Of a stretch of DNA of 54,502 nucleotides, positions 28,790-41,589 are shown one piece after another (the stretch's first letter is position 1; each line of letters starts with the position of its first letter). The position numbers were made by a program, and so were the translations under genes. Source of the stretch: Prorocentrum cordatum (taxonomy: Eukaryota); the NCBI GenBank assembly GCA_963575745.1, contig CAUYUJ010000233.1:62001-116502 (forward strand). The letters run 5' to 3'. The notes under the pieces were generated by a model. The model was not told where the DNA came from and did no database searches. It was given only the letters and a program-made list of their open reading frames with translations.

Positions 28790-29650
28790 TCAGCGAGTAG
28801 CGATGCTGATGATGATGATGATCGTTCGATGCCGATGATGGTGAGTGATCGCGGGATGGTGATGGTGATGCTGATGGTGACGATGATGATGAGTGGGGAG
28901 TGATGGTGATGGTGATGATGATGCGGAGGAGGAAACAAAGAGGAGCAGAGGAGAGGGAGGAGGAGGAGGAGGAGAGATCCTGCGCGGAGGGTGTGCAGAG
29001 AAAACAAGAACCCCACTTAGGATGTGGGGAATAAGACGCCAAACTCCAAACACCCTGACGACTTGAGCTAGCCAGAAAGGCTGAGCTGTCGTGAGCCGTG
29101 GTGCAACGCAACTGGGGAAAGCTGAAGGTGAGCCTGGAATGCTGTACCTGCTGCGGAAAGCTGAACCACCCCGAAACGAAGCCAACACCTGGCAGACCAC
29201 CCCACAGCGCAAGGGGGGAACCGAGCGACTGTGAGCCACGCAGTGCGCGCCAGCAAGGCGCAAGGCCTCTGAGCGGGGGGGGAAGCCAGCTGGCGTGGTC
29301 AGCATCGCCAGCGGGGTAGAATAGAGGGAGCTGCACTGATGGCAGCGTTGCCCTAAAGCCGAAACTAGACCAGAGCAGGCGAATCCCCAAGAGAACAGAA
29401 CTGGGAGCCGGCGGTAAACCGTCAACCTCGGTTTTTTGCGGTCTCTGCGGTCGACCGCGCGGGCCGTCTGGCCCAGTCGCAAGCAAGAAACGGGCATCAT
29501 ACAGGGTGAGCCAAACCGCCCACCACAGCGAGTGCGGAAGCTTGGGAGCGAAGCCTTTATAAGAACAAGTGACACTCAAGCGAAGCTCTTATTGAACACA
29601 CGTGCATGCATGAGAACGTACAAGTAAGAAGAAAGCAACGCAATCACAAA

Positions 29651-30260
29651 TCACAATAGGTCAAACTCGAAGTATGTGGATACAACCCGTGGAAGAACAT
29701 CAATGATATGTTCAATCGCCGACATCTCGGCATCGGTAACTGTAGCATTGTTGTCAATATAGAGAAAGCAGCACTGTAGACCTCCGCCCACACACTATCT
29801 CTGGATCTCGGCTTACGACATGTCCGTAAGACACGACCAACATCAATCCAGCAACAGACTCCGACACCAGCCGTCGACACGCCGCCATCGATGCCACAAC
29901 CGATGGCACAATACCTGTATATACTCGAAATCTCATTGAGTTCCTGCCCTATACCATCCTGAAATATGTCGTCGCCCTCACGGGCAGTATGAGTGAGCAC
30001 GTCCGCCCTTGTATCCCATTCCCTGAAGCAGTGTTCGCTCAAATCCCGTCCAGGAGCAAAGGGCCGTATATGGAACATAAAAGACATACCATCCAGGCGG
30101 TTAATAATCCTGTCAACTCTCCTCTGGAAATCCTTATTGATCACTTGCCAGTATCCCTGGCACCATGATACAACCAGGAGGCTATCACCATGAATACTTA
30201 TGGGGACTCCGAAGGCTTCAAGATCCCAATCGGCATTTTCCCATTTGGATGCGTGTACAG
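29651..30260 (-). pseudogene. RNase H-like domain with permuted motif order
   Basis: IHGDSLLVV (30181-30189), HCFREWDTRAD (30001), CGIDGG (29881-29892), then after a frameshift NATVTDAEMSAI (29726-29734); stop at 29651. Confidence 0.7.
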
Positions 30261-30910
30261 CTAGACGTTTAGCGAGACGATCCTTGGCGAGTTGCGAGCC
30301 CTCTGTCACTTCATACTCCCGAAGTTCCTGTCGGGTTTGGATGTGGACCTCACCTGTAACCCGAGGATGACTGAGACCTCTCAACACGAATCTGGAAGAA
30401 ATCGAGCAAATCCCGCGAGCAGGCATGCGCAGCGAACTGCTCAAAGGCCCCAGGCGTAGCACGAAAATCTTTCCATCACTTGGGCCCGAAGAACTCCGAG
30501 AACGTGTGGGTCCAATGCCTTTGTCCGATGGCCAGGCCCCCTCCTCTTTGGCGTTTCATCTGGCTGGATTCCCGAGAGAAGAAATTCATGCGCCGTACGA
30601 AAACGATCCCACATCACACCGTATGCACACAGACAAGCACGCACATCGCGCCACGGCCGATCTGCACTCCTCCACCCCTCGCATATATCCGCATCGAGGA
30701 CATGGATAAACTCGCAGGTATCTGTGGCCAGGTTCCAGGAAACACGAAGAAACCTCTGCACCATGGATGCAAGCCCCTCCTAGCCTCCGCATATGTCCCC
30801 CGACTCCATGTGGAAACATCCTCGCCAGGCGCCCTGGGACATGTGAACATTTTACATAAACAGAACCCCATCGAGGGAGTGCATACGCTGGAGAGGATGA
30901 TTGTCGAGCG

Positions 30911-31546
30911 TCATACCCTCAATCCCGTGCATGGCAATCCCTTGGACCTTCTCCTGATACCTCCAGAATTTGTCACGAATACTTCAGCCGGACAGCGGAA
31001 ATAATTTGCCATACCGAAGAAGCTCTTACGTGCCATGGACAAACGGTAATCAACATCAGGATGGGTAGAAGTATTGAACTCAGAATGGATCTCGACGCCG
31101 AGCACACTCAGCGAGGAAACTATGCGGAAACGTAAGACCGCTGGCGCGACGACAATGAGGTCTTCCGCGGGCACGAACACACCGTCTGCATCACAGCGTG
31201 GTGCTATCCCACAGGACATGAACCGCAATGATGACGCCTTCCACGCCATACCGAATGAGAAAAGTGGCAATGTTAGATCATGAATCATGGCCCTGAGATC
31301 TCGAACAGAGCCGGCTACAAGATAGACGTTGTCCGCCCAGAGGAAGTGACTGATGAGGAGCCCCTTACGTGCGGACCCGAAAAGGCCTTCGACTCGGTAG
31401 CCCATTCCCTTCACATCCCACGATCTGTAGACCTCGGTCCACATCGCCACGGTAATCAAGTTGAACACCAGAGGCCCCTCAGGGCCCCCCGTACGTAGAC
31501 ACCTATCCCAATGGAGCCCAAGAATTTCCATCCCCTCGACGATCAC
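30911..31546 (-). pseudogene. reverse transcriptase, domains 4-7 and thumb
   Basis: LRTGGPEGPLVFN (QGxxxSPxLF equivalent), SHFLWADNVYLV (YADD equivalent, 31328-31339), LSVLG, RLSMARKSF. Confidence 0.85.
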
Positions 31547-31676
31547 TGCATATATTGTCCCACATAACGGAAGCAGGAGAGCAGATTGAAGATATGGGGG
31601 GGTACATGTGCGTGTTGTAACCCTTTCCTCACATTGGCTTAACTACAATGATCGAACGCCTGTTTCATATCAGCAC

Positions 31677-31890
31677 TCACGATGTACACACTCCCACTCT
31701 TACCCTACGCATCCCCATGTTGAGCCAGTGTTTTGGAACTGATAGTAATTTCCCGTGCCTCCTGGAACCCAAAGATACCCAAGTTATGGGATATTCCAGA
31801 ACGCTGAACAAAGAATTCTCGACACGACGACAGAACACAAGCTTTCGCGTGAGGACGTCAATTTCTTGGAGCAGTGAGGGTTTCCAGAGG
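31677..31890 (-). pseudogene. APE-type endonuclease N-terminal fragment
   Basis: LLQEID at 31857-31874, upstream of RT on the same strand; only one motif seen. Confidence 0.4.
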
Positions 31891-32987
31891 ATTTCAAGTA
31901 TTCGAACACCGTCACGTTTGCAGCTATGTCTCAGCAGGAACCAGCAGGTGAGCCCCGTTCCAAAAAGAGCAAGGCTGAGGGCGAGGATGAGGACATGATT
32001 CAGGCAAGCAGTGAGGAATATGAGCAGTTTGGGGATTATGATGACGGCAATCCTCAGAAACAACCATTTGCCATGATGAAAGCGATGTTAGCAAGACAGA
32101 ACACACAGAAGAAACGCATGACACGGATAGAGCATGATGTCAACGTATCGATCAACGTCGAAATGAGGCAGATATTGCAGCTATGCAGCAGCAGATCCGT
32201 TTGCTTCAGCACGGTCGATCCCGCCGCAGTGCTTCTTGGCAGTAAAATCTACCCGACCGACCTGAGATTAAGACGGCGAGCGGGAATATGATCGAATATC
32301 ACAAGCAAAAATACTAGAGTTCTAACGAATGGTTGAATTTCGAGATACAATTTTAAGCCGACCAAAAGTCATAAAAAAGTCCCTCGAGATTTTTCTTGCG
32401 AACTAGCTCTCCGGCGCCCCGGAATTACTCAAGCTTCCAGCATCTAGCTAAGGGAAGCTCTACGAGTTACTAGCTTCACCCAGAAGGCCCACCCAGCGAG
32501 GCGGGATGAGGTTCCACGGATGCTTGGAGTAACTATGCGGGCCCAGTGGCGTCCACTGCCACGGCCACAGCTCCTAGGTATGGAAATCGTACGCCAGTCC
32601 GTGAATGGAATCGAGTGCGGGAGGACTGGGAACCGGCGGTAGACCGTCAACCAGACCGCCGGGGCCCTCGTAAAGCCTTTCCTCGCACGGCGCTCCTCGG
32701 TACACATGAAGGAGAGTTTGGAGCAAGACCCAAAAAACTCGAAAAATCCGTTTTATGTTTTTATCCAAAGACGTTCCCCCAAGTGTTTTGATAGTAATAC
32801 TGCAGCTACGGACCTGAAACATTATTGGCGGACGCGAAATAACCCACTACAGGTGCGAGAAATACCAGTTCTCAAAACGAATATTCAAATCTCTCAGAAA
32901 GTTCACAACCGACCAAAGTTCACACATTGTCCATCCGGGCCGGGTGGCTCAACTAGCTGCACACCGCGCCGGAATTCCTCTAGCTAA

Positions 32988-33527
32988 TACCTCGCAGAGC
33001 TCTCGGCAAAGAGCTAAGAAGAATTCGGGCGCAGGGTGGAGCTAGTTGGACCCGTTAAGAGACAATGTGGTAACTTTGGGTCGGTTTTGCAATCTTTGTG
33101 CAAAATTTTGAAGTCATTTTGAGAAGTGAGAGTTTCATTCCCTGCAGTAAGCTATAGCGCAGCTGCTGGTGAATTGTTCATCGGTCTAGGGGAAGTACTA
33201 CTATCAAAACACTTGGAAGAACCGACTTTCTATCGACCGCCAAAGAAAGCATTTTTCTGAGTCATGATAAGCTTTTGCGGTGAGCAGGCAGGGGGAAGGG
33301 AGGAAAGTGGGTTATGCCGCGTGTATCAATCAAATTATCACGCTCGTAGGTGCAATGTTACTATCTTATCGCTTGGAGAAACCGACCTCAGATGAAACCA
33401 AAAAAACGTGATTGCTCGAGTTTTTCCGCTCTTGCTTTAGGCTTCTTTCATGTGTTCCGAGAAGCGCAGTGCAAGAAGAGGGCCTATGCCCGGCAGTAAC
33501 TTGGTTCGGTTTACCGCCAGTTCCCAG
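32988..33527 (+). mobile_element. inverted B-type copy nested in the B-type copy 32626-33553
   Basis: starts TACCTCGCAGAGCTC, ends TTCCCAG|T; flanks rejoin as CTAGCTAA|TCGATG, matching intact CTAGCTCATCGATG. Confidence 0.75.
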
Positions 33528-35161
33528 TCGATGTCGAAGAGCTATACGAGGTACTCCACACCGACCTTCATCCAGCTAACAAGCTGGAGGTGGAGCCGGT
33601 AACCTCAAGACCCGCTCAACAGACATGCTCTCTTGGGAACTGGGCGCCGGCGGTAAGCCGTCAACCATTCTTACCGCCAGAATCGTAGAGCTTCCTGACA
33701 ACATATAATATCGGAAAAAATTGCAGAGAACAAATAGTTTTTTGGCCCAAGCGATTTCAGAGCTCTGCAACAGCGGAACTCCCCCGATGCTTCTGCATTG
33801 TCTCTGTACGAGCTTTGTAGCTCTCCTACAATACAGCCCGAGTTACGCGCGTATATCGAGAGCACCTCTCAAGATGACTCGAACATACGAATAGTTTGGC
33901 GAACCTAGCTCAAGTGTCAGGCCGACCTCTCGATGCGACAGGCGGACGCGTCTGATGTCTTCGAATCGATTCCTGTGATTACCAGCCCTGAATCCCCCCT
34001 ACAGCCCGAGTTAAGGTAGAAAACCAACAGCACCTCTCAGGATGACTCGAAAACTACGGATAGTTTCGCGCACCTAGTTCGGGCGGCAGACTCAGTTCCG
34101 AGCTCTGGATTCGACAGGTGGACGCGCCTGATGTCTCCAAATCGATTCCTATGATTGCCAGCCCTGGAGCCCCGAGTCAAGTACCGAAAACCGACAGCAC
34201 CTCTCAAGATGACTCGAACAATACGAATAGTTTCGTTTCTAGATCGCAGAGCAGACCGATTTCACAGCTCGAGAATCAAGAGACAACCACAACTGAGGAT
34301 TCTGAACCAGTTTCTGTAAGTATCAGCTCTGTAACTGTCATATGCCTCGAATTGAGTACAGACAACAGAGAGCGCCTATCAAGATGACTCGAATAATACG
34401 AATAGGTTTGCGGACCTTGCTCGGCTAGCAGACCGAAATCAGACTTCAGGATGCAACAGACAAACGCGCCTCATCATTCTGAATCGGTAAGATGTACTCA
34501 CCAGCTCTGTAGCTGTTCTGTATCTCGAGTTAAGTCCAATATACCGACATTCAACAGACATGATATCTTTGGAACTTGCTCTGCCTGTTATTCGTAAGTT
34601 TGTTCGTGGCACGGGGAGGATGACTGACGAGCATGTTGACATCAGTACGATCGAGCGGGGGCAGAAACTGGCGCCGGCGGTGAACCGTCAACCGTGTGAG
34701 AGAGCTGAGAGTCGAAAGAGAGAGCTTCTGGAGGCATTTCTCGAAAAAATGAACATTGTTTTTGTTTTATGTCGAAACGAAGTTGGTTCCTCCAAGTGTG
34801 TCGGTAGTAAAAGTGCCCCTAGAGAGCTTATATTAAGACGCTGAGGCTCTCATAACCTTCCACAGGTGCGAAAAATCTGCTTTCTGCAAATAAATTGTCA
34901 AACATCTTTCAAATATTGATAAATCACCGAAAAGTTATGACTTTGTCATTTCTGGTCGGGTCAACGAACTAGCTCCACCCCGCGCCGGATTCCTCTAGCT
35001 CATCGATGACGAAGAGCTCTACGAGGTAAACAAACCCTATCACTGTATCGAATCCGATTCTATGTTCAGAATGGCAAGTTAACCAATGATGACATATGGG
35101 AAATCCGCAATTCCTCGGCCATGGAGATCGAAAATTATATGCATGCTTAAAATACAGCAGA

Positions 35162-35562
35162 CTGGGAATCGGCGGTAAACCGTCAACCAGGTTACCCCAG
35201 GGGCGCTCGTAGAGCTCTTTTTCTCACACGGCGCTCATCGGTAAGCATGAAGAAAGCGTCTGGAGCAAGACCTGAGAAACTCAAAAAATCACGTTTTTCT
35301 GTTTTTATCTAACGTTGGTTCCTCCAAGTGTTTTGATAGTAATACTACAGCTACGGACCTAAAAGTTTTACTGGCAGACGGGTCTTAACCCACTACAGGT
35401 GCGAAAAATCTGCTTTCTCAAAATGAATTGTCAAATATCTTTCAAATATTCGCAAAAACACCAGAAGTTATCACTTTCTCCTTTCTCAACGGGTCGACCA
35501 ACTAGCTCCATCCCGCGCCGGAATTCCTCTAGCTCATCGATGCTGAAGAGCTCTACGAGGTA
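35162..35562 (-). mobile_element. complete B-type element (401 bp)
   Basis: CTGGGAATCGGCGGTAAACC...CTCGTAGAGCTCTT / AAGAGCTCTACGAGGTA with unique flanks. Confidence 0.8.
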
Positions 35563-38500
35563 TCACCCCCCAACTTTGGAAAATCATGTGAACCAGCGCC
35601 TTGGAAGCAGCCGCATGGTTCCTCTGTGGGTCGTTACCAAGCTATTTTTGCTACTCAGAGGAGTCGCCCTCAGTGGCTGAAAGGTGAGATGGGCCCCTCC
35701 ATCATCTACATGTGGAGCTATCCCTCGGCAGTGACGTCGAAGACTGAGGGAGTGTGTATTGCCGCTTTCGATCAACTTGGTAGCATCAAAAAACCGAAGA
35801 GCAACTGGGCGCCGGCGGTAAACCGTCAACCTTGGTTACCGCCGGAAGACTCGTAGAGCTTCCTAGCTCGACTTAAGTTGAGAAAACCGACAGCACCCAC
35901 CAACATTCCGACTCATAGTGAATATTCTTTGACCTCTGAATGCGACAGGCGGACGCGTCTGATGTCTGCGAATCGACTCCTGTCATTACCAAGGCCCTCA
36001 GCCCCCTACAGCCAGAGTTAAGTGCAGAAAACGGACAGCACCTCTCAGGATGACTCGAACAATACAGTTGTTTCGCAGACCTAATTCGGGTAGCAGACCG
36101 AGTTCCGAGCTCTGGATTCGACAGGCGGACGCGCCTGATGTCTTCAAATCGATTCCTGTGACAACAAGCACTGTAGCCCCCCTCAGCGCGAGTTCAGTGA
36201 AGAAAACCGAGAGCACTTCTCAAGATGACTCGACAAATACGAATAGTTCGCGATTCTAGATCGGGCAGCAAACCGAGTTCAGGCCCTGGATCACAGACAA
36301 AACCAACTGATGATTCTGAATTGTTTTCAGTAAATACCCTCTGTAGCTGTCCTACAGCTCGATTTAAGTACAGAAAACCGAGAGTACCTGTCAAGATGAC
36401 TCGAATAATACGAATAGGTTTGCGGACCTAGCTCGGCTAACAGACCGAGTTCAGACCTCTGGATTCAACAGGCGAACGCGCCTAATCATTCTACATCGAT
36501 TAGCTGTGCTTACCAGCTCTGTAGCTGTCCTAAAGCTCGAGTTATGTTCAGAAAACCGTCAGCGCGTATCAAGATGACTCAAAACGGCCGATCCCGCAAC
36601 AGTGCTTTTCGATAGTAATATTCACCCGATCGAGCTTGAGATCAAGATGGCAGCGGGAATTAAGCCTAGTATCCTGGAAAAATACAGAGCACTAACGAAT
36701 GGTTGATTTTCGAGAACGAATTTTCAACCGACCAAAAAAAAAAAAAAAAAAAGTCAGCAGACTATCCGTCGAGATTTTTCGAGCCAACTAGCTCTCCAGC
36801 GCGCCGGAATTACTGGGCGCCGGCGGTAAACCGTCAACCTTGGTTACCGCCGGGAGACTCGTAGAGCTTCCTAGCTCAACTTAAGTTGAGAAAACCGACA
36901 GCACCTACCAACATTCCGACTCATAGTGAATATTTTTTGACCTCTGAATGCGACAGGCGGACGCGTCTGATGTCTGCGAATCGACTCCTGTCATTACCAG
37001 CCCTGCAGCTCCCCTACAGCCCGAGTTAAGTGCAGAAAACCGACAGCACCTCTCAGGATGACTCGAACAATACAGTCGTTTCGCAGACCTAATTCGGGCA
37101 GCAGACCGAGTTCCGAGCTCTGGATTCGACAGGCGGACGCGCCTGATGTCTTCAAATCGATTCCTGTGACCACCAGCACTGTAGCCCCCCTCAGCGCGAG
37201 TTGAGTGAAGAAAACCGAGAGCACTTCTCAAGATGACTCGACCAATACGAATAGTTTCGCGATTCTAGATCGGGCAGCAGACCGAGTTCAGAGTTCTGAC
37301 GCAACTGATGATTGAATCGGTTTCTGAAAAAATATCAGCAATGTAGCTGTCCTACAGCTCGAGTTAAGTACAGAAAACCGAGAGTTCCTGTCAAGATGAC
37401 TCGAATAATACGAATAGGTTTGCGGACCTAGCTCGGCTAACAGACCGAGTTCAGACCTCTGGATTCAACGGGCGAACGCGCCTAATCATTCTACATCGAT
37501 TAGCTTTGCTTACCAGCTCTGTAGCTGTCCTTAAGCTCGAGTTATGTTCAGAAAACCGTCAGCGCGTATCAAGATGACTCGAAACGGCCGATCCCGCCAC
37601 AGTGCTTATTCGATGTAATATTCACCCGATCGAGCTGAGATCAAGATGGCGAGCGGGAATAAGATCGAATATCACGGGAAAAAATACTAGAGCTCAAACG
37701 ACTTGTTGAATTTTGAGAAGAAAATTTTCAACCGACCAAAAATCACCAAAAGTTCCGTCGAGATTTTTCTTGCCAACTAGCTCTCCAGCGCGCCGGAATT
37801 ACTGGGCGCCGGCGGTAAACCGTCAACCTTCGTTACCGCCGGGGGACTCGTAGAGCTTCCTGACAACATATAATGTCGAAAAACATTACACAGAAAAAAT
37901 ATGTTTTCAGCCCAAGCTATTTTAGACCTCTGGGATGCAACAGCCGAACGCTCCCGATGCTTCTGGATTGTCTTCTGTACAAGCTCTGTAGCTCTCCTAC
38001 AGCCCTAGATACGTGCGTAAATCGACAGCAGCTCTCAAGATGACTCGAACAATACGAATAGTTTGGCAAACCTAGCTCGAGTATCAGACCGAGTTCAGAT
38101 ACATGCGACAGGCGGACACGTCTGATGTCTCTGAATCGATTTCTGTGATTACCAGCCCTGCAGCCCCCCCTAGAGCCCGAGTTAAGTGCAGGAAACCGAC
38201 AGCACCTCTCAGGATGACTCGAACAATACGAATGGTTTCGCGAACCTAGTTCGGGCAGCAGACAAAGTTCGGTGCTCTGGATTCGAAAGGCGGACGCGCC
38301 TGTTGTCTCCGAATCGATTCCAGTGATTACCAGCATGCAGACCCCTACAGCCCGAGTTAAGTGCAGAGAACCGACAGAATCTCTAAAGATGACTCGAACA
38401 ATACAGTTTCGCGATTCTAGATCGGGCAGCAGACCGAGTTCAGAGCTCTGGATTCAACAGACAACGGCCACTGATGATTCTGAATCCGATTCTGTACGTA

Positions 38501-39363
38501 ACAGCTCTGTAGCTGCCCTGTAGCTCGAGTTAAGTACAGAAAACCGAGAGCGTCTGTCAAGACTACTCGAATAATACGAATAGGTTTGCGGATCTAGCTC
38601 GGCTAGCAGACCGAGGTCAGACCTCTGGATTCAACAGGCGAACGCGCCTCATCATGCTGAATCGATTAGCTGTGCTTATCAGGTCTGTAGTTGTCCTAAA
38701 GCTCGAGTTATCTGAAGAAAACCGTCATCGCATGACAAGATGACCCGAAACGGGCGATCCCGCCTGAACGCTTTTTGGGAGTAAAAGCTACCCGATCGAG
38801 CTGAGATCAAGATGGCGAGCGGGAATAAGATCGAATATTATGGGAAATACTAAGAGCCTAAACGCAAATTGGTTGATGTCGAGACAAAATTTTCAAAAAT
38901 CCCGACCAAATTCCTCAAAATGTTCGTCGTATTTTTCGTGTCAACTAGCTCTCTCAACAAATAAACTCAACACTCCAAAGAAGCCAACCAAATACGCCAA
39001 CAGCGCCCCGAAACTGGCGCCGGCGGTGAAAACCGTCAACCTGGTCACCGCCGGGAACCTCGTAGAGCTCCTTTCAGCGTAAGAGTGCTCCAGGGTCGCA
39101 AGAAGAGAAAAAACAAAAAAAAACAAAAAAAAAAAAAAAGGCTTCTCTTTCCTGGAAGCATTTCTCGAAAAGGGGAAAAATGATTTTTTCGTGTCGACAT
39201 GAAGATGGTTGCTCCAAGTGTTTTGATAGTGAAAGAGCGCCTACGGAGCTCATACTAAGACAGAGAGGCCCTCATAGTCGTTTACAGGTGCGAAAAATCT
39301 GCTTTCTCAAAATGAATTGTCAAATATCTTTGAAAAAATTGCAAAACCACCCAAAAGTTATCA

Positions 39364-39764
39364 CTGGCCGCCGGCGGTGAACCGTCACCTGGTCGCCGCC
39401 GGGAACCCTTCGTAGAGCTCATTTCACGCGTAAGAGTGCTCGGAGTCGAAAGAGAGAGCTTCTGGAAGCATTTCTCGAAAAAGAGAAAAATTGTTCTTTT
39501 TCGTGTCGACATGAAGATGGTTCCGCCAAGTGTTTTGATAGTGAAAGTGCGCCTACAGAGCTCATACTAAGACAGAGAGGCCCTCATAGTCGTTTACAGG
39601 TTCGAAAAATCTGCTTCCTCAAAATGAATTGTCAAATATCTTTCAAAAAATTGCAAAACCACCCAAAAGTTACCACTCTGTCCTTTCTGGCCGGGTCGAC
39701 CAACTAGCTCCACCCTGCGCCAGAATTCCTCTAGCTCATCGATGCCGAAGAGCTCTACGAGGTA
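39364..39764 (-). mobile_element. complete C-type element (401 bp), joined head-to-tail to a deleted A copy (39765-40003)
   Basis: junction CTACGAGGTA|CTGGGCGCC; the dimer's flanks rejoin as GTTATCA|CTTTGTCC. Confidence 0.8.
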
Positions 39765-41558
39765 CTGGGCGCCGGCGGCAAACCGTCAACATTGGAGATC
39801 AAGATGGCGAGAGGGAATAAGATCGAATATCACGGGAAAAAATACTAGAGCTCTAACGAATTGTTGAATTTCGATAACAAAATTTTCAACCGACGAAAAG
39901 TCAGCAAAAGTTCCGTCGAGATTTTTCGAGCCAACTTGCCTGCCAGTGCGTCCGAATTACTCTTAAGCTTCCAGCTGCTAGCTTTGGGAAGCTCTACGAG
40001 TCACTTTGTCCTTCCTGGCCGGGTCGACCAACTGGGCGCCGGCGGTAAACCGTCAACCTTCCTTACCGCCGGAGGACTCGTAGAGCTTAGAGAGAACGAA
40101 TAGTTTTCCAGCCCAAGCGATTTCAGACCTCTCGATGCAACAGCCGAACGCCCCATCTAATACAACGAATAATTTGGCAATCCAGCTCGAGTATCAAACC
40201 GAGTTCAGACCTCTGAGTGCGACAGGCGGACGCGTCTGATGTCTGCGAATCGACTCCTGTAATTGCCAGCCCTGCAGCCCCCCTACACCCCGAGTTCAGT
40301 GCAGAAAAGCGACAGGATGAGAACAATACAATGGTTTCGCAGACCTAGTTCGGGCAGCAGGCCGAATTCCGAGCTCTGGATTCGACAGGCGGACGCGCCT
40401 GATGTCTCCGAATCGATTCCAGTGATGACCAGCCATGCTGCCCCCCTACAGCCCGAGTCAAGTGCAGAGAACAGACAGCACTTCTCAATATGACTCGAAC
40501 AATACGAATAGTTTCGCGATTCTAGATCTGGCATCAGACCGAGTTCAGAGCTCTCGATTCAACAGACAGATGCGACTGGTGATTCTGAATCGGTTTCTGT
40601 AAGTATTAGCTCTGTAGCTGTCCTATAGCTCGAGACAAGTACAGAAAACCGAGAGCGTCTGTCAAGATAACTCCAAAAATACGAAAAGGTTTGCGGACCT
40701 AGCTCGGCTAGCAGACCGATTCTAGACCTCTAGATTCTACAGACGAACGCGCCTGATCGTTCGGAATCGACTAGCAGTGCTTACCAGCTCTGTAGCTGTC
40801 CTAAGGCTCGAGTTAAGAAAACCGAGAGCGTCTGTCAAGATGACTCGAATAATACGAATGGGTTTGCGGACCTAGCTCGGCTAGCAGACCGAGTTCAGGC
40901 TTCTAGATTCAACAGGCGAACGCGCCTGATCATTCTGAATCGATTAGCTGTGCTTACCAGCTCTGTAGCTGTGCTAGAGCTCGAGTTATCTTCAGAAAAT
41001 AGTCATCGCGTTCCAAGATGACTTAAAACGGCCGATCTCGCCTGCCTGCTTTTTGGCAGTAAAAGATACCCTATCGAGCTGAGATCAAGATTGCGAGCGG
41101 GAGCAAGATCAAATATCAAGGGAAAAAATACTAGAGCTCAAACGAATTGTTGAATTTCGAGAACAACATTTTCAACCGACCAAAAGTCTAGCGCCCCGGA
41201 AGTGGCGCCGGCGGTGAACCGTCAACCTGGTCACCGCCGGGAACCTCGTAGAGCTCATTTCACGCGTAAGAGTGCTCGGAGTCGAAAGAGAGAGCTTCTG
41301 GAAGCATTTCTCGAAAAAAAGAAAAAATGATTTTTTCGTGTCGACATGAAGATGGTTCCGCCAAGTGTTTTGATAGTAAAAGTGCGCCTACAAAACAAAA
41401 AACTAAAAAACCGAAAAAAAAACAAAAACAAAGAAAACAAAACACAAACAAACAAAAAAAAAAAAAAAAAAACAAAGAAACATAACAAATACCAAAAAAA
41501 AAACAAAAAAAAAACGACAAAACAAAACAACCCAAAAAAGCCAAAAAACAAAGGACAC

Positions 41559-41589
<31 letters not shown>

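Larger units (their letters stand above)
29429..31890 (-). mobile_element. non-LTR retrotransposon (LINE), internally deleted and frameshifted: APE fragment, RT, RNase H-like, 3' UTR
   Basis: RT motifs, RNase H motifs, LLQEID; 3' UTR homologous to 49515-49770. Confidence 0.85.
29401..32469 (-). mobile_element. Helitron2-like element shell (both termini) enclosing LINE sequence
   Basis: terminal motif CTGGGAGCCGGCGGTAAACCGTCAACC at 29401; A-type distal segment at 32215-32469 ending GGAAGCTCTACGAGTTA. Confidence 0.55.
31926..35803 (+). pseudogene. second LINE-like remnant (ORF1-like coiled coil, then possible endonuclease) fragmented by element insertions
   Basis: coding-like pieces at 31926-32214, 32500-32625, 33554-33639, 34551-34667, 35029-35161, 35563-35803; frame reads through at least two excised junctions. 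Confidence 0.4.

Noticed and set aside
31918..32185. TTGCAGCTATG direct repeat as a TSD, or a twin-priming inversion
   Set aside because: Plus-strand coding-like sequence continues past the second copy and into later spacers, so a separate element is the simpler reading; not fully excluded.
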